Source: a virus
Length of the DNA stretch: 46,261 nucleotides
Virus record (IMG/VR): IMGVR_UViG_3300008807_000161
Location: 1 to 46,261 of that record
Strand: one strand, 5' to 3'
Shown here: positions 36,391 through 46,130 of the stretch, in pieces
How the letters are laid out: every line of letters begins with the position of its first letter
Numbering within the stretch: position 1 is the stretch's first letter
Translations under genes and position numbers: made by a program
Notes under the pieces: generated by a model
The model's database searches: none
Told to the model about the DNA's origin: nothing
What the model saw: the letters and a program-made list of their open reading frames with translations, nothing else

Positions 36391-38970
36391 ATGCCAGATC
36401 GTGAATATGTCTACCAGTTCAAGATGGACGCGGCGCAAGCCAAGCGCGAGGCAGCGCAGATTGTGCGCCTCTTCAACACGGCCCTGCGCCAGATTGAACT
36501 GAAGCCGAAGATCAACGTTGGCAATCTCAATGCCATCGGGCAGCAGGTTCAACAGACCATTCAGAAGCAAATCAATCAGGTGCAGGTTAAGTCTGCGACC
36601 AGTGCGGGTGGCAAAGCTATTGACCCGTACAAGGCGCAACTCGAATCAGCCAAACTGCTGCGCGATGAAATTCGCGACCGCGAAAAAGAGGAAAAGGCAA
36701 ATCTTGCCATTCTTGGTCAGCAGACCTCTGAGCTAAAGATGCAAGAGGCGCTGTTGACCAAGCGCGAAATCTCTTTGCGACGGCAAGCCAGAGATGCGCG
36801 GGCGGCGGCGTTGGGGATGAACCCGAGCGCGCTGCGCGGTATTCGCGGGGCAGCGGCACCTGGCGCGCCGCTGGGCGGATGGGGTGGCGGATTTGCGTCG
36901 GGCGGCGAGTTGATTCCTGGCTTTGGGCAATTGCAAAGCATGGCCGGATTTACTATTGCCGGTGTCGCCATAGCGGAATTGGGGCGGCGGACCATCGACA
37001 CTACGTTGGCGTTGACGGAGCAAGGCACGGCGTTGCGGCGGGCGGACTTCAGTGCGATGAAGTTGGCGGGTTCGACGGATCGCCTGAATAAGTTGATGGC
37101 GACTTACCAGCAAGTTACCGGGGCTTCGCAAACGTCGGGTGAGGCCACTTCCGCACTGGCGAACCTGATTGCGATGGGCAATGCGGATAGCGACCAGGAG
37201 TTGCGCCGATTCTTGACAGCGGCCCTCGGTTCGTCGCGCGGCACGGGGCGCACGATGGATTATGTGATGCAAGAGTTACAGATGACGATTGCTAACAAAT
37301 CAGAGAAGCGGTTGGATCAACTCGGCTTGAGCGTCGCCGAGGTACGCAAACAAGAAGAAGCCTTGAAGGGGGTCAATGAAGAGGCGCGCTTTGGCGAGGC
37401 GGTGCTGACGGCGCTGGTCAAAAAATTTGGTGAGTTGGTGACGGCGAGTGAGGCGGGGGCATCAGGGCTGGAACTCCTGCTGGCGCGACTGCGCGAAGTG
37501 CGTGAGGAGATTGCGCGCAATACTGAGCGTGGACTGAACCCATTTTTTGAATCATGGGCAGTGGGGATGGGTTCGCAAAATACGCAGGCGCAGATTCGCC
37601 AATTGCGACGCAATGCCGATCCTATGCTCAATGAGGGCATGAATTACATGTCAGACCAGATGCAAGCCGATCAGACTTGGGCGTTGCATCGCACGGCCAC
37701 GTTGATGGAAGAGGTCGATGCGGCAGCGCGCCAAGGTGGCCGGGGCATGGAAGAACTGCGCGGGCGCGTCCAGGCACTCGTGAACGACATGATCCAGAGC
37801 GGCGTGGTGACATCGGCACAGGTCACGCAACTGGAAGAGTTGGAGCGCGTGTACCGGCTCACGGCTAACGGGGGCATTGTCTACGCCGATGCCATGAGCG
37901 AAGCGGATCGGACGGCGGCGCGCTTGGCGGAGTCACAGGCTAATCTTAACGCCCAGTTTGCCGAGGCGCAGCGGCTTTTGCAGACCTCCTACGGCGGTCG
38001 GATGTATGTCAACTTGGGTGTACAAGGTTTTCAGCCTGAGCAGGGGCCGCAGTTGCCGTCAGATGAGTACATGCGCCAGCGCAGCATCATGCAAAGCGGC
38101 GGCTTTTTGACGCCAGGTGGGATGAGCTTGGGAGATGTTCGCAGTGGGTGGCAGGAGCAGTGGCGACAACAAAACGAAGAGGATACACGGGAGGCCATTC
38201 GCGAACGAGAACAGGCCGAGCAGGAGGCCATCCGCAACAATGAGCGGGCGTGGAAATCGGCGGCCAGTGACGTGCGGTCGGCGTTTCGCGACGCGGCAGA
38301 CGAACTTAAGCGCAAAATTGAGAGCATTCCTGGGGTGATGGGGACAAGTCAGGTAACTGCCGAGCAGTTGAAGATGGCGGAATTGGGGGTGTCGCAGAAT
38401 TTTGCGGACAATATCCGTCGCCGCCTTGAGGACGAGGTATTGAACGGCAAGGATTGGGCCGACATTGATCCTAATGCGCTCTTTGCGCGGGCGGGCATCG
38501 ATCTCGGCTTGCCGGATGAAGCGAAGATGGCCTTGTTTAATCAAAAATGGGCCGACTCTTCACTCTTTGCTGACCCGGCAAACCTTGCCTTGCTTGACAA
38601 GGGTGCGATTGCGGCAGAACTAGAGCGGCAACGTCAGAGTGAGTTGGGCCAGTCAAACATTTTGGGGGCGTTTGGATTGGGCGAGGATGGCGAGGGGACA
38701 TACTTCAAGGACTTGGGCAGCATCATCAGCGGCGGCATGATGACTGGCGCGGAAGAGGGATTGGCAACGTTTGGCCGGGATGCCTTGGCAAATGTGATGG
38801 TGCAACTCAAGAGCGACGCCGCCTTGCAGGAGTACGCCAACCTCGGTGCGGTGCAGTTTGACGCCATGATGCAGGGCTGGTTGGGGGCCGCCGGGGACAG
38901 TGATTTTGTAGGCGGGTTGACGGCGGTTGTGCTAGGGCAGGTCAATGCGCTGCTGGAGGATCAACCATGA
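36391..38970 (+). CDS. Tape measure protein.
   Basis: 859 aa, long coiled-coil segments and Gly-rich patches. Located in the tail module. Confidence 0.85.
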   Translation: MPDREYVYQFKMDAAQAKREAAQIVRLFNTALRQIELKPKINVGNLNAIGQQVQQTIQKQINQVQVKSATSAGGKAIDPYKAQLESAKLLRDEIRDREKEEKANLAILGQQTSELKMQEALLTKREISLRRQARDARAAALGMNPSALRGIRGAAAPGAPLGGWGGGFASGGELIPGFGQLQSMAGFTIAGVAIAELGRRTIDTTLALTEQGTALRRADFSAMKLAGSTDRLNKLMATYQQVTGASQTSGEATSALANLIAMGNADSDQELRRFLTAALGSSRGTGRTMDYVMQELQMTIANKSEKRLDQLGLSVAEVRKQEEALKGVNEEARFGEAVLTALVKKFGELVTASEAGASGLELLLARLREVREEIARNTERGLNPFFESWAVGMGSQNTQAQIRQLRRNADPMLNEGMNYMSDQMQADQTWALHRTATLMEEVDAAARQGGRGMEELRGRVQALVNDMIQSGVVTSAQVTQLEELERVYRLTANGGIVYADAMSEADRTAARLAESQANLNAQFAEAQRLLQTSYGGRMYVNLGVQGFQPEQGPQLPSDEYMRQRSIMQSGGFLTPGGMSLGDVRSGWQEQWRQQNEEDTREAIREREQAEQEAIRNNERAWKSAASDVRSAFRDAADELKRKIESIPGVMGTSQVTAEQLKMAELGVSQNFADNIRRRLEDEVLNGKDWADIDPNALFARAGIDLGLPDEAKMALFNQKWADSSLFADPANLALLDKGAIAAELERQRQSELGQSNILGAFGLGEDGEGTYFKDLGSIISGGMMTGAEEGLATFGRDALANVMVQLKSDAALQEYANLGAVQFDAMMQGWLGAAGDSDFVGGLTAVVLGQVNALLEDQP

Positions 38971-39323
38971 CCGTAAGCATCAACAGCATTACCATCCCCG
39001 CGCCTATGCGTGACCGTGGTAGCTATGTCTATGATCGCTTTCCGACGCGCGAGGATAACGGGCTTGGCGAGACGGTGACGGCGGGACTACCCAGCGCGGT
39101 TTGGACATTCAACAACCTCTCCCCCACTGAGTATGCCTGGTGGGTGACGACGTTGTTGGCGGGCGTGGCATCGTTGCAGTGTGCGGCGGTGTTGTGGGAT
39201 GACAAGGACGTGGAAACGAACTTCACGAGTGTTATTGTGCGCTATCCCAAGGCGCCAGAGGGGCGCAAGAACGGGCGTTATCGCAATGTGCAAATCATCA
39301 TTGACACGATGGTGGCGGCATGA
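38967..39323 (+). CDS. Small tail-tip protein (118 aa).
   Basis: ATGA overlap with the tape measure gene. Called from position only. Confidence 0.55.
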   Translation: MTVSINSITIPAPMRDRGSYVYDRFPTREDNGLGETVTAGLPSAVWTFNNLSPTEYAWWVTTLLAGVASLQCAAVLWDDKDVETNFTSVIVRYPKAPEGRKNGRYRNVQIIIDTMVAA

Positions 39324-42010
39324 CCCATCCCTTTCAGTGGACTTTGTTTGTTGGCCCGGCTTGGGAGCCTGCGGATAGCGCGTTCTATACCAGTTGGACA
39401 GGCTTCGTTATCGGCTTGTCGTCCACGATTGACTACCAGACGACCTTGGCGAGCGCGCTCAACAGTGGCGTTACGAGCGCGACACTGACCAATGGTGGCA
39501 GCTTCCCGACCGCGGGCGGTCTGTGGATTGGGCCAAATGGCAGCGGGCAGGCGTGGGAGTACGTGCCGTTTACGGGGCGCAGCGGCAATACAATTTCAGG
39601 GATGGTGCGCGAGTCGACCGCGGATCGGGAGCATAATGGCGTCCACAGCGCAGGGGCGGTCGTGCGCCCTTGGCTCAAAATCAACCAGAACGATGGCCGA
39701 TTGCGCGTCAATATGTCGCTGGATGAGATGATGGTATCGACGGACTGGCAATTTGAGGTCAGCGGTATCGCCGCACCACAAGTAGTGTTTCGGCCATTTC
39801 ATTTGGCGGTGATTCAGGGCCGTGCGGCGGCGAGTGGTAGCTTGCTCGATACCTTTGTCGGCTTTTTGGACGCGTCGACGATTCGCGACGATGCCAAGCG
39901 GGTACGCAAGTGGTCGGCGCGAGTGGGGAGCGTGGCGCATCTGTTGGCGCGTATCGAGGTCGATGGGGTACGCATGGGGGACTTTGACGCAGTGACCCAC
40001 GGTTCGGCGCGCTCGTCTACGGCGTTGGGGGCCGCGCATAAGGAGCGGTGGTCGGGCGATTTTGTGGCGGCCAACCCCAGCTTTGACGCCGACGGCGTGT
40101 TGGATGATGACGATGATACGGTGTGGATCGGCGACCGTATGATCGGGACGGACGAGCCGCCGGGAAGTTTCGATGGTATCAGCCAGATTTACATCTCCCC
40201 GCCGCTGTCGGTCAATGCTGGGGCGCGCTGGCTAGAGTTCATCAACCACGACACCGCCAGCGTGGAGTTGGTGGCGTGGAATCGGGACACCGCCAGCGTG
40301 GGCGTGCTGGACATTCCCAGTGTAACCATGAATGCTGGTGAGCGATTTATCGTTGCTGAAAATGCCGCGCGCTTCTTGGCTGAAAACCCAAGCCAGGAGG
40401 CCACGCAGATATTTGATGTAAGTGGCAGCGACAATCCGGGGTGGTTTAATAATTTGAAACCAGCGGGCGGCGCGGTGGCCTTCAATTTTTTTGGCAACAA
40501 AAGCAGCGCCGTGTATTGGGGCGATGTTGACCAGAGCGACACCGGCTGGGCGCCTGACGGCTGGACAGGTGCTGCGATGGCAGCACCCGGTTACGACGAG
40601 ACGATGCGCTATAAGATGCTCGACAGCGGGCATGTCAATACGAAGGATGACTGGGAGGTGTCGCGGCGACAGTCGCCGGGGTACACGATTGAGGATAACA
40701 ATCTGGGCGAACAGGCGTGGATCGCGGTGGACTTGCCCAGCATGGGGTTGGCGCTGCATGAAGACATTACCGCGAGCGCGCCAGGAGCGGGGGCGACGCT
40801 GTTGATCGATGGGCAGAATGGGCCATCAACGGATGGGTTGCCTAGCAGTGGTACGTTGGTCGTGGGCGACGAATACATTACCTATAGCGCGAAGGTGAGC
40901 GGCGGGGTGACAGTGAGCGCACGCGGGGCCAGTGGCACGACGGCGGCGGCGCATGTGGCAGGTGATGCGATTTTTGTCGTCTTCACACAAGCAACCAGGA
41001 CGACGATCACGGATGCCTTGCCCCTCAAGTCATTGACGTGGGAACGCAGCGGCGGGACGATTTATCTGAGCAATTTTAAGTGGCGCTATAGCGCACTGCG
41101 GGCGCGCACACCCGACGAAGAGCAGCATGAGGATGATTACGAGGTGACGAACACCGTCACCAGCCATGCGACGAGCAGCCACACGCAGACGTTGACCGAT
41201 AATCGGGCGGCGACGGTTTTGCTGGAAATTCAAAAGATGACGATTGACCCGGCGCGACCACGGGTCAATCGTCTCAAGGCGTTGGTGGATCCCGCCTATT
41301 TCGATAGCGGCCAATGGCTGTCAAGCGGAGAGACCATCGAAGAGTTGATTGAGCAGATCGCGGTCAATGCCGGGCTTTCTTCGGCCATTGTCGTGACGAC
41401 GGGCGGGGGTGCCACACCAGGCGGATTTACCACGGCTAGAGACAAGGCGTGGGCGGTGATGGCAAGCGCTGCGGAGATGGGAGGCAGTTATATTCGGGTG
41501 GAACGGGATAGCCAGATTTCTGTCGCGCCGGATGATTTTTGGATTGAGGCGGTGGGTGGTTACACGCCATTGGCGACGTGGACGCGCGACGAAATCGCCA
41601 ACGTGGAGTGGTCACGACGCAGTGGCGGGCAGGTATCGCAGGTGCGGATTACGTGGGAGACGCCAGACGGAAGCGATGGCGGTGTGGTGGCGTGGCCGAG
41701 TACGCCGGACAAGCTGGGGAGCGTGCTGGAGCTTGGCACCTGGTATTTTGCGACGGAAGCTGGGGCGACGCTGGCGGCGCGCAAACGCTATTTTATGACC
41801 CGCTATCCGGCAGAGTTGGTGGTGACGTTGGCGGCGGGCAATTTGGCGGTGGAGCCGCGCCAAATCTATGGCATCCAGTGGCGTTTTGCCGACGATATGC
41901 AGGACTTCGACCGGCTGGTGTTGGTGCGACAGGTGGAACACTATGTAGAAAAGCAGACGTTGGGCACGGTCTTGTATGGTATTGTGATTGATCGGGAGTC
42001 CGATGGCTAA
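39320..42010 (+). CDS. Large tail-tip / baseplate hub protein.
   Basis: 896 aa, overlapping the upstream stop. Called from position and size. Confidence 0.65.
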   Translation: MTHPFQWTLFVGPAWEPADSAFYTSWTGFVIGLSSTIDYQTTLASALNSGVTSATLTNGGSFPTAGGLWIGPNGSGQAWEYVPFTGRSGNTISGMVRESTADREHNGVHSAGAVVRPWLKINQNDGRLRVNMSLDEMMVSTDWQFEVSGIAAPQVVFRPFHLAVIQGRAAASGSLLDTFVGFLDASTIRDDAKRVRKWSARVGSVAHLLARIEVDGVRMGDFDAVTHGSARSSTALGAAHKERWSGDFVAANPSFDADGVLDDDDDTVWIGDRMIGTDEPPGSFDGISQIYISPPLSVNAGARWLEFINHDTASVELVAWNRDTASVGVLDIPSVTMNAGERFIVAENAARFLAENPSQEATQIFDVSGSDNPGWFNNLKPAGGAVAFNFFGNKSSAVYWGDVDQSDTGWAPDGWTGAAMAAPGYDETMRYKMLDSGHVNTKDDWEVSRRQSPGYTIEDNNLGEQAWIAVDLPSMGLALHEDITASAPGAGATLLIDGQNGPSTDGLPSSGTLVVGDEYITYSAKVSGGVTVSARGASGTTAAAHVAGDAIFVVFTQATRTTITDALPLKSLTWERSGGTIYLSNFKWRYSALRARTPDEEQHEDDYEVTNTVTSHATSSHTQTLTDNRAATVLLEIQKMTIDPARPRVNRLKALVDPAYFDSGQWLSSGETIEELIEQIAVNAGLSSAIVVTTGGGATPGGFTTARDKAWAVMASAAEMGGSYIRVERDSQISVAPDDFWIEAVGGYTPLATWTRDEIANVEWSRRSGGQVSQVRITWETPDGSDGGVVAWPSTPDKLGSVLELGTWYFATEAGATLAARKRYFMTRYPAELVVTLAAGNLAVEPRQIYGIQWRFADDMQDFDRLVLVRQVEHYVEKQTLGTVLYGIVIDRESDG

Positions 42011-45000
42011 GGTAACGACCACACAAATGGCGGTCAACAGATCGGCGCGCACCGCGGCGAAGCAAAGTCGCGAAGTGCAGCGTTTTGCCACGCGCCTGGA
42101 CAGCCGCTTTGAAAAGACGCCGGTGGTGCAGAGCGCGGTTACCGCGGGACGCAATCAGGTGCAGATCGGTGGCGTGCTCTATCCGGCAGAGGGCATCGAA
42201 GGGCAGGGCGCAGCGGTGGCGGTGGTCAATGTCGGCACGCCAGCGGTGGCAAAGTACGCGCCTCCCAACAATCGCAGCGTGGTTGGCCTGGCAGGGTCGG
42301 GCCGCGCCAGTGGCGGGGGCGGGGGCGGCAGCGGGCCAGTCTATCTGGCCGGTGATGGCATCACCATTGACGGCTTGAACACTATTAGCGTCAAGCGCGA
42401 TGCCACGGGTGCCATCATCCTGGGCGGGGCGGGCGGCCTCAAGGTCAACGTGGGCGATGGGATGCAGATCGCCACCAACGCGCTGACGTTGAACCTGGCG
42501 ACTGACCCCGCGCTGGAGTACAGCAGCGGGGCGGTGCGCGTCAAGGTGAGCGATGGGATAACGCGCGGGGCAAGTGGCATTGCGGTCGATCTCGCCACCA
42601 ATCCGGGGCTGGAGTTCAGCACGGCCAAGCTGCGGGTGAAGGCGTACCACGGCCTCGAACTTAGCAGCAACGGCGTCGGCGTCAAGCTCAAGAGTGGCAT
42701 GACGGCCATGACCGTGGATAGCACGGGGCTGTATGTGGCGGATGCCATTGCCGGGGCGGGGCTGACCATTGACGCCACGACCAAAGTCCTGGCGGTGGGC
42801 GCGGGCGATGGCATCGATGTCAACGCCAATGATGTGGCCGTGGATGTGACGGACATTATCAACGTCGCCTATGGCCTCTATGAGCCAAGCGCCAACGACA
42901 TTGGTATCAACATTGCCGGGTCAACCGGCCTAACGTTCACGGTCGGCAACGCGCTCAGTCTTGGCGCGCCCTCCAGCTTGTCAGTGTCATCCAGCAATCA
43001 CGTCACTAGTACCACGCACGGCCATGCGGTCACAACTAGCACGGACGTTGGCACTACCCCGGCGGCGGCGATCCTGGCCTCGAATAGTTCGGGGCAGTTG
43101 ACGCTGGCGCAATTGACGCTGCGCGGCAACTTGGTCTTTGCGGGCGGGGATCGCAGCATTACGGCGAGCAATAATTTGACGCTCGCCCCCTCGACCGACC
43201 TGATCCTTGACCCCACGGGGCTAGTGCTGTTGCCTGACGCGCAAGAGATGCGGACTTCGACCTTCAGCGACCTGGTGACGGGGATCGCCGGCTTCCGCTT
43301 GTGGGACAGGGGTAGCAACTATCGCCAGTTGACGCTGGGCGCGCTCAAGGCCGACGAGATGTATGTGCGCGTTTTTGTCGCCGATGAGGTGCGCATCGAC
43401 CGCGGTGAGGAGTATTGGAGCAAGTCCTACGGGGTGGTCGAGACAGACTTCACGCTGCCCGCGGATGAGGCGACGGTGGATGTGTGGTTTGAGAACTCGC
43501 CGGGGTTGGCCGCGGCGAATTTGTTTAGCACGAATGACTGGTTGCTGGCGCGTACGATTGACTGGGATACCAGCCTCACGATTGAAAAAATCTGGTTCCA
43601 AGTGGTTAGCCTCCTGACCGCGGGCAGCGTAGACGGCTATCGCCAACAGTGGCGCATACGGCGTAAGAGCGGCGGCACGACGGGTAGCACAGTCAAGAAG
43701 GGCAATACCATTCTGGACGCCGGGCAAGTGGGCCAGGGGTGGATCCACCTGAGCGCGCTTGACCAGGACGGCGGGCCGTTTATTCAGATCGGCGAGTATA
43801 CGTCGGTGTCGGCGGATGTGCCGCAATTTACCAACTACGTGCGGATGGGCAACCTCAACGGCACGGTGGACTATGCCGCGGACACTTGGGGCTTTGCGGC
43901 AGGAAGCAATCTCGGTACGACGCCGAGCGCGGGCTTTAGCGGGTTGACCGCAGACGCCACTAATGGGATGCGTCTCTATAATGTCGATCTGTCGATATAT
44001 AGTGGCTCGACATTGGTTGTGTCGTTAGATAGAACCCTGGGTCTACAGTTCCTCGACGATACTTCTCAGTTCGGTGATGAGCGTCGCTTTGTTGAATGGA
44101 AAACATCGCTTCCCAGCGGTACTCGGACAAGCGTTCTTGCGTCATGGGTTGACGCGGGTGGCGGCAGCCCAATCAATTCATTCGCTATGTATCGTTCTGA
44201 CTCTACGGACAGGACGCAGGTCTCGTTAATTGCCGATAATTCAAGCAAGTCTGCTAGAGTCACAGCCGAAGCGAGTTCTAGCAACGGGCGAGTGCTGTTG
44301 ACTGGGGACATTTTAGCCTTTTCCCCCGGTGCTTCCGCGGGTCTATCCCATTTTCATTCCCGGGTCGCAGTAGCGGATTCTGCCCTCTATACTCCAATTT
44401 CAATGCTGCATGTCAAGGAGTCCACCACCGCCACCAGCACGACCGCGGGCGTCACCATCGAGCAAGGCAGCACCGGCGACGCCGTGCTGCATTTCCTCTT
44501 GACCGGCGGCCAGCGGATCATGCTGGGGATCGACAACAGCGACAGCGACAAGTTTAAGATCGGCGACAGTACCGATCTCGCTTCGGGCAACATTGTTACC
44601 ATCGACCCGGCGACGAACTTTATCGGTATCGGCACGGCATCCCCGGCGACGGTTCTTGATGTGCGCGGTCTTAGCGCCATTCGCCATATCGCATCCGGTT
44701 CGGTCGGCGGCATTACCTTTCAAAATATCGTGGATACCGGCACAAGCAATTCGCGTATTGCTGTCGCCCACAACGCCATTTGGAATTTCACGACTGACCT
44801 CTGGGAGTTTGAGGCCATCGGCGCTAATGACGGGCAGGCGATGACGGTTGATGGTAATGGTAACTGGCGTTGGATTCATCATACTTCGACGGGCAATACC
44901 GCGCGCACGATGACTCATGCCAACTTCCATGCCGGAGCGAAAATGCGCCTGCTGAATGATGGCACATGGTCAATTGCCGGGCCGGGGCTGGCCGGGGCGA

Positions 45001-46130
45001 TTGGCACGCCCGCATCCATTTTCCATCTGTACGAAGACACCTCCACGACTGGCGCGGCGGCGGGCTTGACTATCGAACAGGATGGAACTGGCGACGCGGT
45101 GGTGCAGTTCCTGTTGACGGGCGTGCAGCGATGGATGGCGGGCATTGACAACAGCGTCACTGGCGACCCGTTTGTGATTTCGTCCACTGGCAACCTGAGC
45201 GGCGCGACCTTAACGCTTACAACTGCGGGGGTTTTGTCGATAGCTGGTGGGCTGAACACGGGGGGAAGCGTCGATGTATTCGGCAATCTAGTCACCTCTA
45301 GCGATATTACAGCTGGCGACGATCTGATTGTTACGGATGATGCCTCGGTTGGCGGCGATCTGACTGTAACAGGTACCGCCCACATTACTGGGTATGTTGG
45401 CATCAATACTGCCTCGGCTGCCGCACATCTCGATTTGATTGCCGATTCTGCCAATGGCATCCGCTCTAGCGTGATGAGCAATACCAATTATTACAATCTT
45501 GTCTTTCGTCGGGCCGTGGGGACAGTGGGGAGTCCGACAGCGGTGCAGAACAATACCGTCGTTGGCATTATCGGTGTTGTTGGCTATCACAGCAGCGGCT
45601 GGCCGTCGACGACCAGCGCGGAGATCCGCGCCCAGGCGACCGAGAATCACACCAGCACGGCACGCGGCACCAAGTGGATCATGTCCGTCATGAAGAACGG
45701 CACGACGACGCTGGCGACGGCAATGGACTTGGGCGATGATCGACAGGCATTTTTCCCTGGCGTGGATGCGTTCACGACCGCCAACGCCGCCAACGTCAAT
45801 GTCGAAACGACGTCGGGCTGGTTGCGCCGCTCGACGAGTGCGCGGCGATACAAGCGGGACATCCGCCCGATGGCGATGATTCCCGAAGTCTTTGACCGCC
45901 TCCAGCCGGTGCTATATAAGCCCGCAGAAGGCGTCGGTGGGCAGGGCCGCGACTGGCCCGGCCTGATTGCTGAGGATGTGGCGGACGCGGGCGGCGAGTT
46001 GTTTGTGACCTACAACGAGCGCGGCCAGGCGGACTATGTGATGTATGACCGGCTGGTGGTTTTGACCATCGGTGAGGTACAGGCGTTGAAGCGACGCATA
46101 ACCGAGTTAGAAAGGAAAATTTACGGATGA
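42003..46130 (+). CDS. Tail fibre/spike with beta-helical repeats, a duplicated internal domain and a C-terminal S74 intramolecular chaperone.
   Basis: ATG 42003 follows GGGAG. It contains repeats of the type GLxVxxxDGIxV.....L.V.L. The duplicated module is TIEQGSTGDAVLHFLLTGGQRIMLGIDNS and TIEQDGTGDAVVQFLLTGVQRWMAGIDNS. The C-terminus is S74-like. Confidence 0.85.
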   Translation: MAKVTTTQMAVNRSARTAAKQSREVQRFATRLDSRFEKTPVVQSAVTAGRNQVQIGGVLYPAEGIEGQGAAVAVVNVGTPAVAKYAPPNNRSVVGLAGSGRASGGGGGGSGPVYLAGDGITIDGLNTISVKRDATGAIILGGAGGLKVNVGDGMQIATNALTLNLATDPALEYSSGAVRVKVSDGITRGASGIAVDLATNPGLEFSTAKLRVKAYHGLELSSNGVGVKLKSGMTAMTVDSTGLYVADAIAGAGLTIDATTKVLAVGAGDGIDVNANDVAVDVTDIINVAYGLYEPSANDIGINIAGSTGLTFTVGNALSLGAPSSLSVSSSNHVTSTTHGHAVTTSTDVGTTPAAAILASNSSGQLTLAQLTLRGNLVFAGGDRSITASNNLTLAPSTDLILDPTGLVLLPDAQEMRTSTFSDLVTGIAGFRLWDRGSNYRQLTLGALKADEMYVRVFVADEVRIDRGEEYWSKSYGVVETDFTLPADEATVDVWFENSPGLAAANLFSTNDWLLARTIDWDTSLTIEKIWFQVVSLLTAGSVDGYRQQWRIRRKSGGTTGSTVKKGNTILDAGQVGQGWIHLSALDQDGGPFIQIGEYTSVSADVPQFTNYVRMGNLNGTVDYAADTWGFAAGSNLGTTPSAGFSGLTADATNGMRLYNVDLSIYSGSTLVVSLDRTLGLQFLDDTSQFGDERRFVEWKTSLPSGTRTSVLASWVDAGGGSPINSFAMYRSDSTDRTQVSLIADNSSKSARVTAEASSSNGRVLLTGDILAFSPGASAGLSHFHSRVAVADSALYTPISMLHVKESTTATSTTAGVTIEQGSTGDAVLHFLLTGGQRIMLGIDNSDSDKFKIGDSTDLASGNIVTIDPATNFIGIGTASPATVLDVRGLSAIRHIASGSVGGITFQNIVDTGTSNSRIAVAHNAIWNFTTDLWEFEAIGANDGQAMTVDGNGNWRWIHHTSTGNTARTMTHANFHAGAKMRLLNDGTWSIAGPGLAGAIGTPASIFHLYEDTSTTGAAAGLTIEQDGTGDAVVQFLLTGVQRWMAGIDNSVTGDPFVISSTGNLSGATLTLTTAGVLSIAGGLNTGGSVDVFGNLVTSSDITAGDDLIVTDDASVGGDLTVTGTAHITGYVGINTASAAAHLDLIADSANGIRSSVMSNTNYYNLVFRRAVGTVGSPTAVQNNTVVGIIGVVGYHSSGWPSTTSAEIRAQATENHTSTARGTKWIMSVMKNGTTTLATAMDLGDDRQAFFPGVDAFTTANAANVNVETTSGWLRRSTSARRYKRDIRPMAMIPEVFDRLQPVLYKPAEGVGGQGRDWPGLIAEDVADAGGELFVTYNERGQADYVMYDRLVVLTIGEVQALKRRITELERKIYG
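45831..46127 (+). other. Peptidase_S74 (endosialidase-type intramolecular chaperone) domain of the fibre.
   Basis: STSARRYKRDIRPM...GLIAEDV...DYVMYDRLVVLTIGEVQALKRRITELE follows the pattern S-x-x-R-x-K..I ... GxIAqEv ... coiled coil. Confidence 0.7.
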
